Of a DNA stretch of 34,970 bases, positions 1-7,819 are shown piece by piece. Both the position numbers and the translations under genes were made by a program. The stretch spans positions 1 to 34,970 of the forward strand of contig JAPLHI010000037.1 in the NCBI GenBank assembly GCA_026389695.1. The letters are read 5' to 3'. The DNA is from Chloroflexota bacterium (GTDB lineage: Bacteria > Chloroflexota > Dehalococcoidia > GIF9 > UBA5629). The notes under the pieces were generated by a model. That model made no database searches and was not told where the DNA came from. It saw only the letters and a program-made list of their open reading frames with translations. How positions within the stretch are numbered: position 1 is the stretch's first letter; every line of letters starts with the position of its first letter.

Positions 1-954
1 GATAGCCTCATCGAGGTTTTTCACGACTACTAGGAGGCCGTTTGTTTCCAGCGCCGTCGCTGCTATCTCATGACGCGTCAGATGCGATAGCTGCCTGCTC
101 ACTGCCGACTGCACCTGCTCTGCCTGCGCGGCCGCGGTGGTCAGGAAAATGGAAGGAGCCATAATATCAGGCTCGGACTGCGCGATGAGGTCGGCCGCGC
201 ACAGCGCGGGGTCGGCATAGCTGTCCGCTATGACCACCACCTCGCTGGGACCCTGCAGCGCATCGATATCCACCATGCCGTAGACCAGCTTCTTGGCAGT
301 CATCACCCAGATGTTACCTGGACCGCATATTTTATCCACTTTGGGAATCGATTGTGTCCCCAGTGCAAAGGCTGCTATGGCCTGGGCGCCGCCGATTTTA
401 AAGATCCTGCTCACACCGGCAATTTGGGCCGCTGCCAGCGTATTAGCCGGCACTTTGCCGTCTTTGCCGCAGGGGGTGGCCATGATTATCTCTTTAACGC
501 CGGCAACACGTGCAGGTATGGCGGTCATTAGCACTGTGGAAGGATAGGCGGCCGTGCCGCCCGGCACATAGATGCCCACGCGTTCCAGCGGCAGCACCTG
601 CTGTCCCAAACCTTCGATGAAAAACCCTTTACCGTATTTACGCATGCAGATCTTATGGAATCTTTCGATCCTGGCGGCTGCGAATTTAAGCGCTTTTAAA
701 AGCTCGGGGTCGATTGATTTCACGGCGGCCGCTATCTCCTGCTGGCTGACTTCCAGCGACGTCAACTTCGCGCCGTCAAGACGCTCGGTCAGCTCGAAAA
801 GCGCATAATCGCCATCTTTCCTGACTTTACAAATAATCTCTCTGACGGTGTCTTCGACCGTGCGTGTCTTATTCCCTGCCTTGACAGTGACATCATGTGA
901 AGTTGTCCTTTGCAGCAGCTTCTTTGCCTGCTTGAAGTCCTTGATTATTTTCAT
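1..954 (-). CDS. hisD: Histidinol dehydrogenase, N-terminal 318 codons (3' end lies beyond the window start)
   Basis: This minus-strand frame is absent from the ORF track because it runs off the window. ATG at 954-952. Hand translation MKIIKDFKQAKKLL...ERVGIYVPGGTAAYPSTVLMTAIPARVAGV...IGGAQAIAAFALGT...KICGPGNIWV...LQGPSEVVVIADS matches HisD family blocks. It starts 7 nt after the hisG stop. Confidence 0.9.
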   Translation of the reverse strand, partial: MKIIKDFKQAKKLLQRTTSHDVTVKAGNKTRTVEDTVREIICKVRKDGDYALFELTERLDGAKLTSLEVSQQEIAAAVKSIDPELLKALKFAAARIERFHKICMRKYGKGFFIEGLGQQVLPLERVGIYVPGGTAAYPSTVLMTAIPARVAGVKEIIMATPCGKDGKVPANTLAAAQIAGVSRIFKIGGAQAIAAFALGTQSIPKVDKICGPGNIWVMTAKKLVYGMVDIDALQGPSEVVVIADSYADPALCAADLIAQSEPDIMAPSIFLTTAAAQAEQVQSAVSRQLSHLTRHEIAATALETNGLLVVVKNLDEAI

Positions 955-961
955 TTCAACT

Positions 962-2389
962 TTATCCTGAGGTACCGCGGAATATTTTAACCAGTTTCTC
1001 GATCTTATTTCTTTTTTTCGGAGATATCAGGCTCTGCCGGTTGGCGATGAGGCAGGCGGTGGATTCGAAGAGTGTGTCTATGATCTTGAGCCTGTGCCTG
1101 GCAAGCGTCTGGCCTGTCTCCGTGTTCTCGATGAGCATATCAGCATCCTCGGGAAGGTAAACCTCGGTGGCGCCCCAGGTGGGTATCACCCGGTAACGCG
1201 CGATGTGCCTGTCCCGCAGGTATTTATCGGCGATATTCACGTATTCGGATGCTATCCTGAGCGGCGTCAAATCACCGCGTTGGATCAGATCCCTGATGTC
1301 TTCGATAGAATCGGCGGGGACATCTTCGCTAACCACGGCAACCACCCTGACCCTGCCGAAGCCGAGATTAACCAGCTCAACAACCGGGCTCGAGGGAAAC
1401 TGGTAGAGGTGATCCAGCAGCCAGTCCCTGCCGGTAACGGCCACATCGAAGTTGCCGTTGGCCACCTGCTGCGGCATGTCCTGCGGCCTGATCACTTTGA
1501 TATTGACCCCGTCCAGGCTGCTGGCCGGGCGTCGTCGCATATCATCCTTAGAGTATCCGGTCATTTTTATGCCCGCTTTTTCCAGGAAGGCGGCGGTGTG
1601 TACCTGCTGGTGGCCGTCGGCCAGCGCCAGCCAGATATTGCCATCCGCTGCGACGGGAACATAATCGTTGGTGATTACGGCTGAGGATTTTGTAGTTTCC
1701 GCCCGGGATTTTCCACCGCTTTTGAGCGCCGAGGTAAACAGCGCCAGTATGCGGCTGAAGTCGGCGGTCTGCAGGCTTTCCCTGCTGGCAATGATGCAGG
1801 CGCTGCTGTCGCCTATCTTTTTGACAGATCGCAGGTTTAAAGCAGCAAGCCCGCCTTCATCCGCGGAGCTAACGATGGCAAGGTCGGCATTTTCCGGCAG
1901 GTAAGCCTCTGCCGAACCCCACAGCGGGAAGATGCGGAACTTTTTCAGCCTCATTTTATACGCGGCGGCCTCGGCCAGCGCCGGGTATTCCGTCACTATG
2001 CACACGGCGGTATCGCTGTCTCGCAGGGTATCCACTGAGAATGTCGCATCTCGGGCGCAGGCCAGATAAATGCCAGCCTTAGCGTAGTCCAGGTCACAGA
2101 CCTTGACTACATTGCTGGCGGGGTACCTCGCATGGAGCTCCTGAAGCCAGTCGGAAGTACAGATGCCGAAGTCGTAGTTGCCGATGGCAACCTGCACAGG
2201 GATGTCCCTTTCATTGAGCATCTTGGCTGATAGCGAGGGCATGGTCTGTGAGCGCATGCGGTAGATGCGTGTTTTGGAGGTATAGTCCTCGAATCCCAGG
2301 CCGATGTCGCTTAAAAACCCTGCGGTCCGGGAGAGCATTTTACCCTTGGGCAATGCCAGCCTGGTATCCTGAGCAATACTACTTACCAA
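962..2389 (-). CDS. hisG: ATP phosphoribosyltransferase with two tandem HisG short-form-like halves fused (475 aa)
   Basis: N-half: RLALPKGKML...NYDFGICTSDWLQE...VTEYPALAE...WGSAEAYLPENADLAIVSSADEGGL. C-half: IWLALADGHQ...NFDVAVTGRDWLLD...IASEYVNIADKYL...WGATEVYLPEDADMLIENTETGQTL. TTG start at 2389 keeps the LPKGK motif. The start overlaps the hisZ stop by 11 nt. Confidence 0.8.
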   Translation of the reverse strand: MVSSIAQDTRLALPKGKMLSRTAGFLSDIGLGFEDYTSKTRIYRMRSQTMPSLSAKMLNERDIPVQVAIGNYDFGICTSDWLQELHARYPASNVVKVCDLDYAKAGIYLACARDATFSVDTLRDSDTAVCIVTEYPALAEAAAYKMRLKKFRIFPLWGSAEAYLPENADLAIVSSADEGGLAALNLRSVKKIGDSSACIIASRESLQTADFSRILALFTSALKSGGKSRAETTKSSAVITNDYVPVAADGNIWLALADGHQQVHTAAFLEKAGIKMTGYSKDDMRRRPASSLDGVNIKVIRPQDMPQQVANGNFDVAVTGRDWLLDHLYQFPSSPVVELVNLGFGRVRVVAVVSEDVPADSIEDIRDLIQRGDLTPLRIASEYVNIADKYLRDRHIARYRVIPTWGATEVYLPEDADMLIENTETGQTLARHRLKIIDTLFESTACLIANRQSLISPKKRNKIEKLVKIFRGTSG

Positions 2390-3626
2390 CTTTCCCGAAA
2401 CCCCCGATGATATTAATGACCTCGTTGACGTCCGCGGCTTTCTTTGGCAGGTTTTTGGTCTTATCTTTAACCATATAGCCCTGCTTCTTTTCTTGAACGG
2501 TTACCTCCCAGCGGGAGTCGAGCTGGCTGCCGCGGAAATCCAGTTCCGCTATCAGCCCGGCGTTGCGTAGGGCGCCGGAAAGCTTGAACGCTTCCTTGAT
2601 AGCTGTGGTACCGGTAGTTTCCGTCCTGACTATGACGGTCTTTTCCGCTTTCTGTCTGGACCACGGCTTAACCCGTGCGGCCAGTTCATCCAGATACAGG
2701 GCGAAGCCGCAGGCGGGCACATTGCTGCCGCCCACCAGGCTGACAAGGTTATCGTACCTGCCGCCACTGCATACCCTGGTGTTGCCGGCGCGTATCTTGA
2801 AGCAAAGGCCGGTGTAGTACTCGAAGCCTTTGATCGAGGTGAAGTCGATTTCGTAGCGGTACCCCAGCGTATCGAGCAGCCCGGCTACTTTGGCAAACTT
2901 CTCCAGTTCCTTCTTGAGGCTACCTGATATTTCAGGCATAGCCATAAGGTTCAGCAGGAAACTGCCGGATTTCCCTTTGAGGTTCATAATGGCGGAGATA
3001 GTCGCCGAGATCTTTTTATTACTGTTCACTCTGGACAGCGCCTGCCAGTTACCCTCCAGGATTTCGTCCAGCAGGTTGGCCTTTTCTTCAGCGCTAAGCT
3101 TAAGCTCTGCGACGAGGGCCTTAAGGACACCTGCGTGTGAGAGCTTAAGTGCAATACGGGAAATGCCCAGGGTATTGAGTACTTCCAGCGCGAGAGCTAT
3201 GATCTCCGCTTCCGAGGTGGGGTTGCCGTCACCCAGCAGCTCCACGCCGCACTGCCATTTTTCGCGGTTCTCCTTGCCCGTTTCCTCGAAGGCGAAGACG
3301 TTGGTTACGTAGCAGAGGCGGGCGATTTTAGCCCCTGTAAGGTTTTCACTGTACAGCCTGGCCACAGGTATAGTGCCGTCAGGCCTCAGCACGACACGCT
3401 CTCCGCCCCAGCCGTCCCAGTCGAGGAAGGAATAGACACGGCTGAGCATGGCCGGCGTGAGCGTACCAGCGGCTGTAAACAGGTGTATATATTCGAGGGT
3501 GGGGGTTTTGATTTCCCTGTAGCCCCAGTTGATACACGAGTTGCGGAAGGCATCTTCTACCTGCCGGAAGCGTTCCATATCTTCCGCTAACAGGTCGCGC
3601 GCGCCTTTACACCTTTGAGTTTCCAT
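2379..3626 (-). CDS. hisZ: ATP phosphoribosyltransferase regulatory subunit (HisRS paralogue)
   Basis: It has the class II HisRS-like blocks (KGARDLL, LRPDGT, GGRYDNL, PACGFALYLD). HisRS motif 2 is degenerate (NVFAFEETGKENREKWQCGVE instead of FRYERPQxGRxRQF). It sits directly upstream of, and overlaps, hisG. AAAGGA lies 9 nt before the ATG. Confidence 0.8.
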   Translation of the reverse strand: METQRCKGARDLLAEDMERFRQVEDAFRNSCINWGYREIKTPTLEYIHLFTAAGTLTPAMLSRVYSFLDWDGWGGERVVLRPDGTIPVARLYSENLTGAKIARLCYVTNVFAFEETGKENREKWQCGVELLGDGNPTSEAEIIALALEVLNTLGISRIALKLSHAGVLKALVAELKLSAEEKANLLDEILEGNWQALSRVNSNKKISATISAIMNLKGKSGSFLLNLMAMPEISGSLKKELEKFAKVAGLLDTLGYRYEIDFTSIKGFEYYTGLCFKIRAGNTRVCSGGRYDNLVSLVGGSNVPACGFALYLDELAARVKPWSRQKAEKTVIVRTETTGTTAIKEAFKLSGALRNAGLIAELDFRGSQLDSRWEVTVQEKKQGYMVKDKTKNLPKKAADVNEVINIIGGFGKVGK

Positions 3627-3654
3627 ATAAATTTATCCTTTGTGAAGTCGCATA

Positions 3655-3683
3655 ATTCTACACTAATAGTATCACAGCTACAA
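3655..3683 (-). promoter_or_regulatory. Putative sigma70-type promoter for hisZGD
   Basis: Read on the minus strand: TTGTAG (3683-3678), 17-nt spacer, TAGAAT (3660-3655). This sits about 28 nt upstream of the hisZ ATG. Confidence 0.4.
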
Positions 3684-3752
3684 TTTGTGCGTTGAAAAAA
3701 ACGACGGTGCCCGCATTCTCAAGAAATATTTTTGGACCGTTATATTACCCCC

Positions 3753-3783
3753 TTGACTCTACCCATACAGGAGACTTTATACT
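3753..3783 (+). promoter_or_regulatory. MerR-type promoter with a 19-bp spacer
   Basis: TTGACT (3753-3758), 19-nt spacer (3759-3777), TATACT (3778-3783), about 45 nt upstream of the MerR-family gene. Over-long 19-20 bp spacers are the hallmark of MerR-regulated promoters. Confidence 0.55.
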
Positions 3784-3828
3784 GTCTGTGAAGGCCTTCA
3801 CAAAGAATAATTATAGGGAGAGCGGGAA

Positions 3829-4644
3829 ATGCTCAAGATCGGCGAATTCGCCAGGATGGGGTATGTAACAATTAAGGCCCTGCGGTATTACGATGAAATC
3901 GGCCTGCTGAAGCCGGCGCAGATAGACACGCACACAGGTTACCGTTACTACTCCGCAGACCAGCTGCCGCGATTGAACAAAATAATCGTTTTCAAAGGGC
4001 TTGGACTTTCCCTGGATGAGGTGTCCAGGTTGCTTGATAACAAGCTGTCGGATGAAAATATAGTCCAGTTGCTTAACATCAAGCAGGTTGAGCTCAGCCG
4101 GCGCTTACGCGATTACCGGGTGCGGCTCGGTCTGATGGAGGAATGGGTCAAACAGATAGAGAAGGAGGATGCCATGCCTGCAGGTGATGTTGAGGTTAAA
4201 CCATTAGAGGTGCAAACCGTGGCCTCGTTAAGACAAACTGTTCCCACATATGCCGATATTTATCCCCTTTTTATTGAACTGGTCAGTTATTTGATGGGGC
4301 GGCAGGCAAAGATGGTCGGCTCTCCACTGGCTATATTCCATGATATGGAATATAGGGAGAAGGATGTGGATATTGAGGTGGCCGTGCCCGTCGAGGGCAG
4401 CGTTGAAACTACCGATAGAATAAAGGTGAGGGATCTGCCCCGCGTGGATAAGGCAGCCTGCCTTACGTACAGGGGGTCGTACGAAAAATCTGAGGAAGCG
4501 TATAAAACCCTGATTGCCTGGATGTTCAGGAACGTTTATCAGCTTGCCGCTCCCAACAGGGAAGTCTATGTGCAGGGGCCGGCGCAAAGCCAGGATCCCA
4601 ATAAATACGTAACGGAACTGCAGTTTCCCATTACGGGGTGGTAA
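3829..4644 (+). CDS. MerR-family transcriptional regulator with a C-terminal GyrI-like/effector-binding domain (BmrR-like architecture)
   Basis: The N-terminus MLKIGEFARMGYVTIKALRYYDEIGLLKP...GYRYYSADQL is the MerR wHTH signature, followed by a coiled-coil linker and a ~150-aa C-terminal domain. SD GGGAGAG lies upstream of the ATG. Confidence 0.85.
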   Translation: MLKIGEFARMGYVTIKALRYYDEIGLLKPAQIDTHTGYRYYSADQLPRLNKIIVFKGLGLSLDEVSRLLDNKLSDENIVQLLNIKQVELSRRLRDYRVRLGLMEEWVKQIEKEDAMPAGDVEVKPLEVQTVASLRQTVPTYADIYPLFIELVSYLMGRQAKMVGSPLAIFHDMEYREKDVDIEVAVPVEGSVETTDRIKVRDLPRVDKAACLTYRGSYEKSEEAYKTLIAWMFRNVYQLAAPNREVYVQGPAQSQDPNKYVTELQFPITGW

Positions 4645-4665
4645 TCCGGGCTTCTTCTCATTTTT

Positions 4666-4699
4666 AGCTGTGGGAGTGCAGCACTCCACCCCCACAGCT
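4666..4699 (+). terminator. Inverted-repeat hairpin between the MerR-like gene and nfeD (possible weak terminator or attenuator)
   Basis: AGCTGTGGG (4666-4674) pairs perfectly with CCCACAGCT (4691-4699). An inner AGTG/CACT stem and a CCACC bulge lie between them. No U-tract follows on the plus strand, so the terminator function is doubtful. Confidence 0.3.
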
Positions 4700-4709
4700 A
4701 ATCGCATAA

Positions 4710-4740
4710 TTCAACCTCCCGGCGCTGTCTGGTATACAAT
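4710..4740 (+). promoter_or_regulatory. Putative promoter abutting the nfeD start
   Basis: TTCAAC (4710-4715), 17 nt, TATACA (4733-4738), or the overlapping TACAAT (4735-4740). The GTG start at 4747 follows only 6-8 nt later and has no properly spaced SD. Confidence 0.3.
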
Positions 4741-4746
4741 ATAGGG

Positions 4747-6057
4747 GTGCTGTTCAGACACATATTCAGGGCAATCTATCTCCTCTGTTTAGCTCTTGGC
4801 CTGGTGCTTTCCATCGCTAGCGGAAGTGCAAACGCGAATGGACGTGAAATCCGCGTGCTCCAGGTGAAGGGCAATATCGTCCCCGTGGTCGCCGATTACA
4901 TCAGCCGCGGCATAGAGGAGGCGGAGCAGGCAGGCAGCGTTGCCTGCATCATCCAGCTGGATACTCCCGGCGGGCTTCTCAATTCCACCGAAGATATCGT
5001 CCGCCGTATTATGAATGCTAAGGTCCCGGTGGTGGTTTATGTCTCTCCGCACGGCGCCTGGGCGGCATCGGCGGGAACTTTTATTACCATATCTGCTCAC
5101 CTCTCGGCTATGGCGCCTGCCACCAGCATCGGGGCGGCGCACCCTGTGAGCATGGGAGAGGAAATGCCTGCCGACGTTCAAAAAAAGGCCACGGAATACT
5201 CTGTGGCCTGGATACAGAGCATAGCGGAAAAACGCGGCCGTGATCCTGCGCTGGTGGAAGCAGCGGTGCGGGAAAGCAAGTCTTTCACAGCATCGCAGGC
5301 CGTTGAAGCGAAGCTGGTTGACTTTTTTGCAGAGGATCTCGCCGATGTGATAAAACAGATCGACGGCAGGACGGTTACCCTTGCCGACGGCCGGGTGGTG
5401 ACGATCAAAACCGAAGGCGCAGCAGTTATAAAAAGCGATATGAACGGGGTCGAGAAATTCCTGCACATGATCAGCCATCCCAACGTTGCTTACATGCTGC
5501 TCTCCGTCGCGTCCATCGGTATTATCACTGAAGTATCCAATCCCGGCCTGATCTTCCCTGGTGTGATCGGGGGCATCTGCCTTTTCTTTGCTTTCTACGC
5601 GCTGGGTGTATTAAACGCGTATTGGGCGGGTGTATTATTGATTTTACTGGCTATCGGGTTGTTCGTGACTGAGATTTTTGTGCCTGCCTATGGTATACTG
5701 ACAGCCGGTGGAATAATATCTCTGGTGATCGGCTCATTAATACTTTTCAGTGAAAGTGAAGCTTCCATGCAGATAGATACGGGACTTATTGCCGTTGTAG
5801 CGATATTCTTCGCCTGCTTTGTTGCCTTCCTGGTCTGGGCAACCGTGAGGGGACAGAGGCGGAAGGTAACCACAGGGCGTGAGGGCATGATCGGCCAGTC
5901 GGCCACCGTAAAAACAGCGCTGGAACCTAAGGGTATGGTGCTCGTCGAAGGTGAACTGTGGACCGCGAAACTGGACAGCGGAAGCGCGCAGCCGGGTGAA
6001 GAAGTAGTAATTCAGAAAATAGATAATCTCAAGCTATTCGTAACCAGGAAGAAATAG
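4747..6057 (+). CDS. nfeD: NfeD-family membrane-bound ClpP-class serine protease (stomatin-operon partner protein)
   Basis: It has a signal peptide, then a ClpP-like domain ([19 protein letters not shown]), several TM helices and a C-terminal OB-like NfeD domain ([28 protein letters not shown]). An SPFH gene follows directly. The GTG start is uncertain. Confidence 0.85.
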   Translation: MLFRHIFRAIYLLCLALGLVLSIASGSANANGREIRVLQVKGNIVPVVADYISRGIEEAEQAGSVACIIQLDTPGGLLNSTEDIVRRIMNAKVPVVVYVSPHGAWAASAGTFITISAHLSAMAPATSIGAAHPVSMGEEMPADVQKKATEYSVAWIQSIAEKRGRDPALVEAAVRESKSFTASQAVEAKLVDFFAEDLADVIKQIDGRTVTLADGRVVTIKTEGAAVIKSDMNGVEKFLHMISHPNVAYMLLSVASIGIITEVSNPGLIFPGVIGGICLFFAFYALGVLNAYWAGVLLILLAIGLFVTEIFVPAYGILTAGGIISLVIGSLILFSESEASMQIDTGLIAVVAIFFACFVAFLVWATVRGQRRKVTTGREGMIGQSATVKTALEPKGMVLVEGELWTAKLDSGSAQPGEEVVIQKIDNLKLFVTRKK

Positions 6058-6067
6058 GGAGGTAAAT

Positions 6068-6832
6068 ATGGACTTTGTTGGAATAGTAATTCTGGCCATT
6101 TTTATACTGATGGTACTGTTCACCTCTATCAGGATCGTCAACGAGTATGAACGCGGTGTGGTTTTCCGCCTGGGGCGGTATGTGGGTGTAAGGGGACCGG
6201 GACTTATTTTGTTGATCCCGTTTATCGAGCGCATGGTTAAGGTGGAATTGCGCGTGGTGACTATGGACGTGCCGCAGCAGGAGTGCATCACCATGGACAC
6301 CGTCACGGTAAAAGTGGACGCGGTCGTATATTTCCGCGTCATGAAACCGGAATCGGCCATACTCAATGTCGAGCAGTATATAAGGGCTACATCTCTGCTC
6401 TGCCAGACCACCCTGCGAAATGTGGTAGGCCAGAGCGACCTCGAAGATTTATTGGGACATAGGGACAAGGTGAATGAAAAGCTGCAGGCCCTTATTGATG
6501 AAGGAACCGAGCCCTGGGGTATAAAAGTGAGTATGGTGGAAGTAAGGGATGTCCAGCTTCCCGAGACGATGCAGAGGGCTATGGCGGCCCAGGCGGAGGC
6601 CGAAAGGGAACGCAGGGCCAAAATCGTCCATGCCGAAGGTGAAGCCCAGGCCGCTGAGAAACTGGCAGAGGCGGCCAGGATCATCTCCAGTCAGCCGGCC
6701 GCAATGCAACTACGCTATTTACAGACTCTGATCACTATTTCGACCGAGAAAACGAATACCCTCGTATTCCCGTTACCGATCGATCTCATCATGCCCCTGT
6801 TGAACAAGCTGCCGGAAGGGCAGAAAAAGTAG
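6068..6832 (+). CDS. SPFH/Band 7 (stomatin/slipin-like) membrane protein
   Basis: An N-terminal TM helix is followed by [16 protein letters not shown]...[17 protein letters not shown]...LRNVVGQ and a coiled [13 protein letters not shown] region. A strong SD (GGGAGGT) lies 5 nt upstream. This is the classic NfeD-SPFH gene pair. Confidence 0.9.
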   Translation: MDFVGIVILAIFILMVLFTSIRIVNEYERGVVFRLGRYVGVRGPGLILLIPFIERMVKVELRVVTMDVPQQECITMDTVTVKVDAVVYFRVMKPESAILNVEQYIRATSLLCQTTLRNVVGQSDLEDLLGHRDKVNEKLQALIDEGTEPWGIKVSMVEVRDVQLPETMQRAMAAQAEAERERRAKIVHAEGEAQAAEKLAEAARIISSQPAAMQLRYLQTLITISTEKTNTLVFPLPIDLIMPLLNKLPEGQKK

Positions 6833-6864
6833 CGGAAACAGGTTAAGTTTGGTAAGAAATCGTA

Positions 6865-6886
6865 GGGGCAGGTCTTTAGACCTGCC
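6865..6886. terminator. GC-rich hairpin between the convergent SPFH and birA genes (probable bidirectional terminator)
   Basis: GGGCAGGTC-TTTA-GACCTGCCC forms a perfect 9-bp stem with a 4-nt loop. GCGTTTATAT follows on the plus strand and CTACGATTTCTT on the minus strand. Confidence 0.5.
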
Positions 6887-6961
6887 CGCGTTTATATCCA
6901 CCCTTTTAATACAGACAACTAAAAAGAACAGACGCGCCTGAAGGTAGATCCCTGCAGTATT

Positions 6962-7741
6962 TCAATCTTTTACTATCGTAACATCGCCAGCTATGATTTC
7001 CATGACTGATCCGTCGTCCCGGCGCAGCACCAGGTTGCCTGCCTGATTAATGGTTTCGGCTACCCCCTCTTTAATAGAGCCATTCATGTTCACGCGGATA
7101 CGCCTGCCGATGGTTTCCATGTTTTCCATCCATTCCTTTTGCAGATGGTGCGCTTCCGCAACCTTTTGATAAAGCCTTTCCAGTTCGGTGAGCAAAATAA
7201 TAATAACGTCGTTTACACTGACCTCTTGCTTTAAATGCGCCGAGATACTGGTGGCTATTTCCGCTATTTCGGGATATTTCCGTATATCGAAGCTGACGTT
7301 GATACCGATGCCAAGGATGGCATAGCGTAATTCTCCGGACTCAAGCTGGCTTTCGATGAGGATGCCGCAAACCTTCTTACCCTGGATAAGCACATCATTG
7401 GGCCATTTAATCTGCGCCTGTACGCCCAGCTTTTTAATCGTGTGAAATACCGCCAGGGAGGACACGGCGGGCAAGAAGCGCATCTCATCCGTTGACGGCT
7501 TCAGGATAACAGACAGGGCCAGGCTACCTTCAGGCGAGAACCATGTTCTGCCCAGCCTGCCCCGGCCCGCTTTTTGCATACCGGCAATGACAACCGTACC
7601 CTCGGGGGAGCCTTTCTCCGCCAGTTCCCTGGCTACATCCATGGTCGATGTGACGCTTTCCAGGTAGTGCAATTCCCTGCCGACAAAGCGGGTTTTAAGG
7701 CGCTGTTTTAGATATGTTGCTATATCTGGTTTCGTGTTCAT
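6962..7741 (-). CDS. birA: Biotin--[acetyl-CoA-carboxylase] ligase, class I (no N-terminal HTH)
   Basis: GRGRLGRTW motif, KWPNDVLIQGKKVCGILIE block, 259 aa. Confidence 0.9.
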   Translation of the reverse strand: MNTKPDIATYLKQRLKTRFVGRELHYLESVTSTMDVARELAEKGSPEGTVVIAGMQKAGRGRLGRTWFSPEGSLALSVILKPSTDEMRFLPAVSSLAVFHTIKKLGVQAQIKWPNDVLIQGKKVCGILIESQLESGELRYAILGIGINVSFDIRKYPEIAEIATSISAHLKQEVSVNDVIIILLTELERLYQKVAEAHHLQKEWMENMETIGRRIRVNMNGSIKEGVAETINQAGNLVLRRDDGSVMEIIAGDVTIVKD

Positions 7742-7747
7742 AGATAT

Positions 7748-7776
7748 AATATAACAGAGGTGCTAAACTATGTATA
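7748..7776 (-). promoter_or_regulatory. Putative promoter giving a leaderless birA mRNA
   Basis: Read on the minus strand: TATACA (7776-7771), 17 nt, TATATT (7753-7748), then 6 nt (atatct), then the ATG at 7741. There is no SD. Confidence 0.35.
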
Positions 7777-7819
7777 ATCGTTTGTATATCTAAGCGAACT
7801 ACTCAACAGGCGGCATAAT

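Noticed and set aside
1094-1684. A 196-aa plus-strand ORF, and similar long ORFs at 2890-3312, 4228-4707, 4789-5478, 6034-6684, 8917-9354, 14675-15205, 15449-16045, 22030-22476, 28682-29134 and 32434-32904
   Set aside because: All lie antisense to, or out of frame within, genes that have strong family motifs. They have low-complexity, Arg/Ser/Pro-rich shadow-ORF composition and no SD.
4747-6832. NfeD protease plus SPFH protein as a novel system
   Set aside because: This is a well-known and widely conserved two-gene operon (stomatin-operon partner protein plus stomatin). Only its regulatory context is noted as a finding.
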